From assembly GCA_019753155.1 (NCBI GenBank), contig JAIELG010000020.1:8773-72772 (forward strand): a stretch of DNA of 64,000 bases. Direction: 5' to 3'. The DNA is from Burkholderiales bacterium (GTDB taxonomy: Bacteria; Pseudomonadota; Gammaproteobacteria; Burkholderiales; JABEVD01). Each line of letters opens with the position of its first letter. Position 1 is the first letter of the stretch. Shown here one piece after another: positions 28,291 to 35,489 of this stretch. The notes below the pieces were generated by a model. It was not told where the DNA came from. It worked only from the letters and a program-made list of their open reading frames with translations, and searched no databases. Position numbers and translations under genes: made by a program.

Positions 28291-28418
28291 CGTTCGGGAT
28301 GGCGGTGCGGGGCTCGATGTAGCGCAAGCGGGTCAAGCCGGGTCTCGACGGCATGCGGTTCCTGAAGCTTCCCGTATTCTGTTATTCTGGCGCTTTCAAA
28401 CAAGCGGGACGGATAATC

Positions 28419-29309
28419 ATGATGGAGGAATTGAACGGACGCTTCGGCATCGAGGGTCAGGTTGTTTTCAGGGCAGGCCCAAGCGGGGTATTCGTCGATG
28501 TGGAGAACGATGGGGCGAGAGCCATGATCGCGCTTCAGGGCGCGCAGGTGGTCGACTGGGTTCCCCGTGGGGAAGCGCCCGTGATCTGGCTCTCGAGGGA
28601 TGCGAAATTCGCGGAAGGAAAATCGATCAGGGGCGGCGCGCCCGTCTGCTGGCCTTGGTTCGGGCCGCACCGGTCCGAGCTATCATTTCCTGCCCACGGC
28701 TTTGCCCGCACTGTTCCGTGGGAAGTGATCGAAACCCGTGCGCTTGCCGACGGCTCGACCCGCCTGATTTTTCGCCTGAAGGGAACCGAAGCCAGCCGCA
28801 CGCAATGGCCGCACGCCACCCAACTCGAAAATCATATCACTGTGGGAAAAACGCTCGAAGTCGATCTCGTGACCCGAAATTTTGGGAATGAGTCCGTCAC
28901 CATCGGGCAGGCGCTGCATACTTACTTCTCGGTTGGGGACATACGCAAGGTTTCGCTGCACGGACTCGATGGTCGCCCCTATCTCGACAAGGTCGATGGT
29001 TTTTCCAGGAAGATACAGGGCGGGGAGGTGACTTTTGCCGGCGAGACGGATCGCATTTACCTCGATTCCACCGGAGACTGCATCATCGCAGATCCTGTCC
29101 TCGGGCGCAGCATCCGCATTGCCAAGCGTGGCAGCGCATCCACCGTGGTGTGGAATCCCTGGGACGAAAAGGCGGATAAAATGGGCGACATGGGGGAGAA
29201 CGGCTGGCTGGAGATGCTCTGCGTCGAGAACGCCAATGCGGCGGACGACGTGCGGAGTCTCGCACCGGGGGCCGAGCATCATCTTTGGGTGAGCTACCGG
29301 GTGGAGTGA
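28419..29309 (+). CDS. D-hexose-6-phosphate mutarotase (YeaD-like aldose 1-epimerase family)
   Basis: IRGGAPVCWPWFGPH and FPAHGFAR motifs match the YeaD family. Start at ATG 28419 (MMEELNG). Confidence 0.85.
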   Translation: MMEELNGRFGIEGQVVFRAGPSGVFVDVENDGARAMIALQGAQVVDWVPRGEAPVIWLSRDAKFAEGKSIRGGAPVCWPWFGPHRSELSFPAHGFARTVPWEVIETRALADGSTRLIFRLKGTEASRTQWPHATQLENHITVGKTLEVDLVTRNFGNESVTIGQALHTYFSVGDIRKVSLHGLDGRPYLDKVDGFSRKIQGGEVTFAGETDRIYLDSTGDCIIADPVLGRSIRIAKRGSASTVVWNPWDEKADKMGDMGENGWLEMLCVENANAADDVRSLAPGAEHHLWVSYRVE

Positions 29310-29315
29310 TCCGGC

Positions 29316-29825
29316 TCAGTGATCCAGGTAATCCACCAGGACTCCGCTCGTGAAGCGCAGCCGCTGGCTCAGAAGGCTTGCGATTTTCAGCAGAATTTGC
29401 GTGGCCAGGGCGGGTTTGTCCTTCATGATGCGCTGGAAATTGGCTTTGGTGAGAATCGCCAGGGTGGTCGGTTTGGCAATCACCGCAGTGGCCGAGCGCG
29501 GCTGGCCGTCGACTATGGCCATCTCCCCGAGCGTTTTTCCATGGCCGACCATAGACACGGTCTTCCTGGTCTCATGGCTGTCCTCCTTCAGGATATCGAC
29601 GCTTCCTTCTATGATCAGGCACATGTAGTTGCCCTGTTCACCTTCGCGAAACAGGGTCACGCCCTGGTCGGCTTCGTATGCTTCGAGGTAGTCGCAGAGA
29701 TCCTCGATGTGATGCCATTCGAAATCCCCGAACATCTGCGTGGATTCGACCATGCCGCATAGTTCGTCCTTGAATGCCTGTCCTGCGCTGATGAGCCTGA
29801 GAGATGGTTTTTCCGTCATGATCAA
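29316..29825 (-). CDS. Stand-alone cyclic-nucleotide-binding domain protein
   Basis: 169 aa. GKTLGEMAIVDGQPRSATAVA-like phosphate-binding cassette of cNMP-binding domains. No DNA-binding domain. Confidence 0.8.
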   Translation of the reverse strand: MIMTEKPSLRLISAGQAFKDELCGMVESTQMFGDFEWHHIEDLCDYLEAYEADQGVTLFREGEQGNYMCLIIEGSVDILKEDSHETRKTVSMVGHGKTLGEMAIVDGQPRSATAVIAKPTTLAILTKANFQRIMKDKPALATQILLKIASLLSQRLRFTSGVLVDYLDH

Positions 29826-29963
29826 CCTGTCTTTGGAGTCGCGTAAGCTTATTTTACAGAATAGTTCGGGAGAAGCCAGATTGCTGTTCTTGAAAGTTCC
29901 ATCGCATGGGCTATAAAGAAATTCTGGGGTTTCCCGTCAATATTCGTGAACAGGAGGACAATC

Positions 29964-30461
29964 ATGGCAAGCGAGAACGAAGTCGCAGTGAGAAAAGCAG
30001 GCGAAATCCAGAAGGCGATGCCGGTGCGCCTGATGAACCCTTTCGAGGAGATGGAGCGCATTTTCGAGTCGGCTTTTCCCGTGGGCTGGATGCGCCCGTT
30101 TCCCAGGGGATGGCCGGGCGAAATGGGCTTCGAGTCGACGATGATGCCGCGCCTCGACGTCATCGAGAAGGATGAGGAAATCGTCGTGCTCGCCGAGGTG
30201 CCGGGCGTGGACAGGAAGGATCTGGATATTTCCATGACCGACAGCACGCTCACGATCAAGGGGAAAACCAATCACAGGCAGGAGACCGAAGGCGCCGCCT
30301 ACAGTTGTTGCGAAATCTCGCATGGCGCTTTTTCCCGCACGGTCAACCTGCCGTCCGAAGTCAATGTCGACAAGGCCAAGGCCCAGTTCAAGGACGGCAT
30401 GCTGGAGATCGACTTGCCCAAAATGGAAAAATCCCGGCGGCGCACGCTCAAGCTGGATTGA
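29964..30461 (+). CDS. Small heat shock protein, Hsp20/alpha-crystallin family
   Basis: AGGAGGA precedes ATG 29964. PRLDVIEKDEEIVVLAEVPGV ... LTIKG ... GMLEIDLPK is a typical alpha-crystallin domain. Confidence 0.9.
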   Translation: MASENEVAVRKAGEIQKAMPVRLMNPFEEMERIFESAFPVGWMRPFPRGWPGEMGFESTMMPRLDVIEKDEEIVVLAEVPGVDRKDLDISMTDSTLTIKGKTNHRQETEGAAYSCCEISHGAFSRTVNLPSEVNVDKAKAQFKDGMLEIDLPKMEKSRRRTLKLD

Positions 30462-30540
30462 TTCACCTTGCCGGGCGGCCTTGCGCCGCCCGTTCCCTGT
30501 CCCTCGTGGAAAACCTGTGTTTGGCTCCTAGAATGAGTCT

Positions 30541-30838
30541 ATGTGGCGAAAAAATCAGGATGTGTCTTTCCGGAAGCCTTGCGAAAAGCAGTCGATCCCG
30601 CTGGCGGTGCTCCTGCTGTCCCTGATATTCACCTGTCTCGTCTGGCGGCAGAGCGTGGAGAAATACGGCGTCGCCCTGGAAGGCGTGGCCATAAGCGCGC
30701 TTTTTTGCCTGCTTGCCTGGCTTCTGGTGCATGGGCGCCGCGCGCTATCCCGAGCATGGGGATACCGATACGGAACTCGTCAGGCATGCCGATATCGCGA
30801 TGTACGAGGCCAAACGTTCTTGCTGCCGGCTGGATTGA
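30541..30838 (+). pseudogene. Relic of a membrane-anchored GGDEF protein (N-terminal TM segments joined out of frame to the extreme C-terminus)
   Basis: Frame 1 encodes two hydrophobic segments (IPLAVLLLSLIFTCLVW, ISALFCLLAWLLV). From about 30730, frame 2 reads GAARYPEHGDTDTELVRHADIAMYEAKRS followed by a stop. That is the conserved tail of GGDEF domains, without the rest of the domain. Confidence 0.5.
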
Positions 30839-30875
30839 TGGGGCCGCAAAATGCATAATAGAGGCTGGGGGCGAT

Positions 30876-31241
30876 ATGAGCGAAAAAATAAAATGGCTGG
30901 ACGAGCCGGAAGAGCACGATTATCCTGCGGCACAATCCTATCTGCGCCTGATCCACGACGAGGCTGCCGCAGCAGGTTACGCGGAGGCGCTCAGGAAAGC
31001 GCCCATGACGGAATTTCACGCGAAGGATATTTTCAGGGCATCCGGCCTTTCCCTTCTGGGCATCAGCAATTCCCATGTGGAAAAGGACAGGGATAAAATC
31101 CTCTCGGGCAAAAAGCTTTCCCCGCTTCTGCTGGTAAGAGATGCGCGGAACGGCAAGGTCGTCATCGCGGACGGCTATCATCGAATCTGCTCGGTATATT
31201 CGTTCGACGAGGATGCGATGATTCCGTGCAAGATCGTATGA
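30876..31241 (+). CDS. Small ParB/Srx-fold-like protein (hypothetical)
   Basis: 121 aa from ATG 30876 (MSEKIKWLDEPEEHDY). C-terminal LLLVRDARNGKVVIADGYHRICSVY resembles the ParB N-terminal DGxHR core. Confidence 0.55.
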   Translation: MSEKIKWLDEPEEHDYPAAQSYLRLIHDEAAAAGYAEALRKAPMTEFHAKDIFRASGLSLLGISNSHVEKDRDKILSGKKLSPLLLVRDARNGKVVIADGYHRICSVYSFDEDAMIPCKIV

Positions 31242-31248
31242 GCAAGGC

Positions 31249-32076
31249 GTGTATACTCGCAACACGCCAACATTCCTGCCATATATGGGGCAAACCGATT
31301 CATTAGCGCCGGACTGGGACTTTGCTTTCAGGCGGGATGCTTCCTTTCAGATCCACCTGAGCCGCAACATGGCGATCGCCATCCTGGTCTCGCTGCTGCT
31401 GCATGCGCTCGCGCTTTTCGTTTTTTACCGGCATCACCTGCTCGACATGAAAACGCCTATCCGGACGAGCAGCGAACCTTTCGACGTGCAACTGGCGCCA
31501 ACGGAGAAGCCGCGTGTCGCGGCTCCCATGCGCGAGCCGGTTGCGGAGAATCGGACGAGAAGGGTCATCGCGGTGAAAAAGGCGCCTTCGAGAGCGTATC
31601 CCGTGCCGGCCTTGCCGGAACCCGTTCGGGAATCGAAGCCGTCTCCCGAGCCAAAAATGAGTTTTCTGGATTACGTCAATGCGGCGAGAGCGCGCCGCTC
31701 GGGCGGAGAGTCGGCAGGCGCAAAGGTCGAAACCATGGGTCCCCCACAGGAGAGCCATCCTCCCGGCACCAACGGCATATTCCAGATCATCAGAATGAAC
31801 GATTCGAGCGCGGAATTTTCGTTTCTCGGATGGCATTCGGAATACAGCAATTCCCATAGGGAAGTGTTCGAAGTCGATGCGGGGGCGGACGGCGATGTGC
31901 AACTGGCTGTAGTGCGCAAGATGGTAGCGATCATCAGGCGGTACTACAAGGAAGATTTCAACTGGGATTCGGAGCGCCTCGGTCGCGTGGTGGTCCTTTC
32001 CGCCCGCATTCAGGATACCGCGGAACTCGAAGCCTTCATGAGGAAAGAGTTTTTTTCTACTGCGGCCAGTCGCTGA
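31249..32076 (+). CDS. Membrane-anchored Pro-rich protein with a TonB-like N-terminus and an unknown C-terminal domain
   Basis: TM segment AIAILVSLLLHALALFVFY followed by a P/E/K-rich linker. The C-terminal ~110 aa do not resemble a TonB C-terminal domain. Start uncertain (GTG 31249, ATG 31285 or ATG 31369). Confidence 0.55.
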   Translation: MYTRNTPTFLPYMGQTDSLAPDWDFAFRRDASFQIHLSRNMAIAILVSLLLHALALFVFYRHHLLDMKTPIRTSSEPFDVQLAPTEKPRVAAPMREPVAENRTRRVIAVKKAPSRAYPVPALPEPVRESKPSPEPKMSFLDYVNAARARRSGGESAGAKVETMGPPQESHPPGTNGIFQIIRMNDSSAEFSFLGWHSEYSNSHREVFEVDAGADGDVQLAVVRKMVAIIRRYYKEDFNWDSERLGRVVVLSARIQDTAELEAFMRKEFFSTAASR

Positions 32077-32308
32077 ATGGGAAGGGTTTTTCTTCGGTAT
32101 TGAAAGTCTGGAATTCGACGATCTGCCGGATGTATTCGCCGAGGCTATGGCCGAAGGATGCCAGGCGGGAATTGGGTGTGCCTCCCGCGATCAGGAAAAT
32201 GAACTGGGCCACGGCGACTATAAGCAATACCGTTCCCGCCAGGCTGTAGAGCATGCCCAGCAGAAGCATGAACAGGGCACGGACCCAGGGATTCTTCGCA
32301 TCGCTCAT
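32057..32308 (-). CDS. DUF4389-like small membrane protein
   Basis: ATG 32308 is preceded by AAAGGAGG. 83 aa, MSDAKNPWVRALFMLLLGMLYSLAG...FPFSDWP. Confidence 0.65.
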   Translation of the reverse strand: MSDAKNPWVRALFMLLLGMLYSLAGTVLLIVAVAQFIFLIAGGTPNSRLASFGHSLGEYIRQIVEFQTFNTEEKPFPFSDWPQ

Positions 32309-32424
32309 GGCGCCTCCTTTGCTCCAGTATAGACGAGGCCGGCGATTATTCCCGCTGTGAGGACTTTCAGAAAAAGGCATAAAGGCGGCATAATTGCATG
32401 GTTTGTCTCAATCAAAGGTAGATC

Positions 32425-33546
32425 ATGATTTTTCGATTTGCGGTATGGCTTCCGTTTCTTCTTGCAGCTTGCAGCCCATCGCCCACGAATCCCGCCGATT
32501 CGAAAGTCTCGAACATCAGGAAAGACATTCCATCAGACCGTCAGCGCGCCAACGGCACGATGAAGGCGGGGATTACGCCGAGCTGCGTGGCCATTTCCGG
32601 GAAATACGCCTACGTGACGAATTCCAATGGCGGCAATATCCTCGTTTATGGAATGGGGGAAAATGGCGCGCTGGAGGCGCTTGCAAGCCCCCCCGTGGTT
32701 TCCGGATGGGGGCCGAACATGATCGCCATCGACCCGATGGGGAAATTCGCCTATACGGCAAATACCGATGCCACCAGCGTTTCGGCCTTCAGTATCGATG
32801 CCCGAACCGGAAATCTGAAAGAGGTCAGGGGCAGCCCTTTCCAGGCCGGGAAAAATCCCACCTTCATCGCGATCGCCCCTTCCGGAAAATATGTCTACGT
32901 GACGAATTACGGCTCGACCACCGTGTCGGCCTACGCCATAGACCGCAATACCGGCGCATTGAGGGAGATCAAGGGTTCTCCCTTCGAATCCGGGAAGGCG
33001 CCCGCTTCGATCGCGGTCGACGGCGCCGGGAAATATGTTTTCGTAGCGAACTCGAATTCCAACGATGTCTCGGTTTTCGCCATCGGGAACGACGGGTCGC
33101 TCGAACCCGTTCGGGGGAGTCCCTTCAGGACGGGCTCGGGACCGTTCGCCATCGCAGTTTCTCCCGGCGGAAACCATGTTTACGTGACGAATTCGCTCAC
33201 CACCAACATGTCGGTATTTTCCATAGGCGAAAACGGGAGCCTTTCCCCTGTGCCGGGAAGCCCTTTCCAGACCGGGATGACGCCGCTCTGGGTGACAATT
33301 GCGCCTGCCGGAAAAAATGTCTACGTGGTGAATTGGCTGGGCGGGGTATCGGCTTACAGTGTCGATCCACAAACCGGCGCACTCTCACAGATCGAAGGCA
33401 GCCCTTTCGAATCCGGTCATGCGCCCAAATCCGTGACCGTCGATCCGACAGGCAAGTTCGCCTATGTCGCCAACGGCGGGGACAATGATGTCACGGCTTA
33501 CGAAATCGATGCTTCGGGTGCGTTGATCTTCATGAAGAAAAACTGA
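32425..33546 (+). CDS. Lactonase-type 7-bladed beta-propeller lipoprotein
   Basis: Lipobox LLAAC at the N-terminus. Repeated G(K/N)(Y/F)(A/V)YV(T/A)N...VS(A/V)(F/Y) blades about 7 times. Confidence 0.8.
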   Translation: MIFRFAVWLPFLLAACSPSPTNPADSKVSNIRKDIPSDRQRANGTMKAGITPSCVAISGKYAYVTNSNGGNILVYGMGENGALEALASPPVVSGWGPNMIAIDPMGKFAYTANTDATSVSAFSIDARTGNLKEVRGSPFQAGKNPTFIAIAPSGKYVYVTNYGSTTVSAYAIDRNTGALREIKGSPFESGKAPASIAVDGAGKYVFVANSNSNDVSVFAIGNDGSLEPVRGSPFRTGSGPFAIAVSPGGNHVYVTNSLTTNMSVFSIGENGSLSPVPGSPFQTGMTPLWVTIAPAGKNVYVVNWLGGVSAYSVDPQTGALSQIEGSPFESGHAPKSVTVDPTGKFAYVANGGDNDVTAYEIDASGALIFMKKN

Positions 33547-33557
33547 CGCTTGTCCGC

Positions 33558-34163
33558 TCAGGGATGAACATGAGGGCGGCAGATATGGTCGAACATGACG
33601 GCGATGCAGGCGCGCACCGGGGTGGTGGAGTTGTCGATCTTCATGCGCAAGAGCGCGCCTTCCCATGCGCTCCAGAAAAAATCCGTGAGCATTTCAGCCG
33701 AAATATCGGTGCGTACAAAACCGCTTTTTTGCGCTTCCTCCAGGCTGCATGCAATATGTTCCTGCCATGAGAGGACAACCTGCTGCAGCGTGTTCTTGCA
33801 CAATTCGCTGGATTCGCTGATTTCTGCGGCGAGATTGCCGATGAGGCATCCTGATTTTATCTCGCTTTTTTCATAGTCGACGATCATCCTCTCGAAACAG
33901 TAACGCAATGCTTCGAGCGGCGTCTGCGGACCTTCGTCGAGGTATCCCGACCATCTGATGGCGAGGGTGTCGGCATAGTGCCGAATGACTTCGTCGGCAA
34001 AGACTTCCTTGCTCTTGAAGTAGTTATAGAAGGAGCCTTTGGGTACTTTCGCGGCATCGACGATTTCCTTGATGCCGGTTCCATTGTAGCCGCGTCTGGA
34101 GAAGAGTTCGAGACCGATCTCCAGCAAAATGGTGCGTGTTTCTGTTCTTTTTTGTTTGTACAT
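33558..34163 (-). CDS. TetR family transcriptional regulator
   Basis: 201 aa. N-terminal HTH ILLEIGLELFSRRGYNGTGIKEIVDAAKVPKGSFYNYFKSKE. Confidence 0.92.
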   Translation of the reverse strand: MYKQKRTETRTILLEIGLELFSRRGYNGTGIKEIVDAAKVPKGSFYNYFKSKEVFADEVIRHYADTLAIRWSGYLDEGPQTPLEALRYCFERMIVDYEKSEIKSGCLIGNLAAEISESSELCKNTLQQVVLSWQEHIACSLEEAQKSGFVRTDISAEMLTDFFWSAWEGALLRMKIDNSTTPVRACIAVMFDHICRPHVHP

Positions 34164-34339
34164 GGTCTAAATTATAGGATTGCCCGCTTCCGGGCGTCAA
34201 ACTTCCGGCGTGAAATGATTGCCATTCGTAGCGCCTGTGTAATACTCCTGTCACAACACGGACGTAAAGTTACGTTATTCACATAGTTTTACATAATTTT
34301 ACAGGCAGTTACAATGGGCCCCGCTGATTTCTGCTTTTT

Positions 34340-34363
34340 CGTGAGACGACCGGTCGTCTCACG
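34340..34363. promoter_or_regulatory. Perfect 24-nt palindrome upstream of exbD (candidate TetR operator or 5'-UTR hairpin)
   Basis: CGTGAGACGACCGGTCGTCTCACG is its own reverse complement. It lies 34 nt upstream of the exbD ATG. No U-run follows on either strand. Confidence 0.5.
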
Positions 34364-34396
34364 CGCGGGCCAAGACCATGAACGATAGGGCGATAA

Positions 34397-34804
34397 ATGA
34401 TTTTCTGGCATGAAGAGCCGAGGAGAAAGGCTCGAATCGAGATCATCCCGATGATCGACGTCATGATGTTTCTGATGGTTTTTTTCGTCCTGATCAGCCT
34501 CCATGTCATTCCGGCAGCCGGAATCAAGACCGAGTTGCCTTCTTCCTCGCACACGGAAGATCTCGATATCGTTCATCACGCAGTGATCACGATAAGCAAA
34601 AGCGAAATTATCCAGCTTGATGGCAAGAATTGCACGCTGGGCACCCTGCCCCAGGAGATCAAGGCGGTTCTGGGCAACTTCAGAAAAGTCGATGTCGTGG
34701 TCAACGGCGACAAGGGGGCGGATATGCAGAAACTGGTCGACGTCATGGATGCCGTCAAGAATTCCGGGATAACAGCGATCTCGATTGCTTCCGGCAAGAA
34801 ATGA
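34397..34804 (+). CDS. exbD: Biopolymer transport protein ExbD/TolR
   Basis: 135 aa. IIPMIDVMMFLMVFFVL TM segment and a periplasmic domain typical of the family. Confidence 0.9.
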   Translation: MIFWHEEPRRKARIEIIPMIDVMMFLMVFFVLISLHVIPAAGIKTELPSSSHTEDLDIVHHAVITISKSEIIQLDGKNCTLGTLPQEIKAVLGNFRKVDVVVNGDKGADMQKLVDVMDAVKNSGITAISIASGKK

Positions 34805-35478
34805 GTTGCGGAATCGCCAATTTTCTTTTCCAGCAGAGGGAATCGGCAGCGCGCATCGCAGCTTTGGTTGCAGGGGTGCTGATGATCGTGGGCCAGGCCA
34901 GGCTGGTTATTTTGCCGGTGCAGAAGAATAGCGAGGAGCCGATCCGGGTGGAGCTCAGGCAGGTCAAGCCGGAACCGCCGCCGGAGCCGCCCAAGCCGAA
35001 GCTCGAGCCGGTTGAGAAGCCCAGGGTGCCCGTGAAAAAGGCCGTGATACCCATGCAGAAGCCTGTTGCGGAAGTGCCTGCGCCTGCGGTGATGCCCGTG
35101 GCCGTGCCGGTGCAGACTGCTCAGCCGGCGCCTGTGGCGAATCCCGCTCCGGCGCAGCAGGCGAGAATCGCGAGCAATGGCGAAAGTGAAAGAAGTTTCG
35201 CCAGAGGTTTGCGGCAGAAGATCGAGTCGCACAAGGTTTATCCCAGGGAAGCATTGTCCCTTGGCATGACCGGGTCCGTGACGCTGCTTTACGTCATAGA
35301 CCGCTTGGGGAGGCTGCTTAAAGTCGAAATCGTGTCCTCTTCGGGAAGCAGGATTCTCGATCAGGCAGCGCTCCAGGCGGTGCGAGCAACGACTTTCCAG
35401 GCCATGCCGGAGGATGCATGGGTTGGCGAGGCGCAAAAGGAGTTCAAAACCAAAATTGATTTTGAAATTGACAATTAA
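34801..35478 (+). CDS. tonB: Energy transducer TonB
   Basis: ATGA overlap with exbD. TM anchor, (E/K)P-rich spacer (KPEPPPEPPKPKLEP), C-terminal YPREALSLGMTGSVTL...ILDQAALQAV domain. Confidence 0.9.
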   Translation: MSCGIANFLFQQRESAARIAALVAGVLMIVGQARLVILPVQKNSEEPIRVELRQVKPEPPPEPPKPKLEPVEKPRVPVKKAVIPMQKPVAEVPAPAVMPVAVPVQTAQPAPVANPAPAQQARIASNGESERSFARGLRQKIESHKVYPREALSLGMTGSVTLLYVIDRLGRLLKVEIVSSSGSRILDQAALQAVRATTFQAMPEDAWVGEAQKEFKTKIDFEIDN

Positions 35479-35489
35479 CCACCGAGGGA

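Noticed and set aside
29889-29925. Perfect sigma32 -35 element CTTGAAA upstream of hsp20
   Set aside because: No convincing CCCCATNT-type -10 element lies 13-15 nt downstream (the best match is about 3 of 7), so I do not call a heat-shock promoter.
30543-30875. N-terminal 111 codons of ORF 30543..31241, which would make the ParB-like protein 232 aa
   Set aside because: This upstream part is Arg/Pro/Ala-rich junk that overlaps the GGDEF relic in another frame. The internal ATG at 30876 gives a sensible start.
32394-33488. 364-aa alternative-frame ORF inside the beta-propeller gene
   Set aside because: The frame starting at 32425 gives a lipoprotein signal and seven regular propeller repeats. 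The alternative frame is an Arg-rich artefact.
34209-34229. Fur-box-like sequence GTGAAATGATTGCCATTCGT upstream of exbD
   Set aside because: Only about 10 of 19 positions match the GATAATGATAATCATTATC consensus when aligned by hand. That is too weak to call iron regulation.
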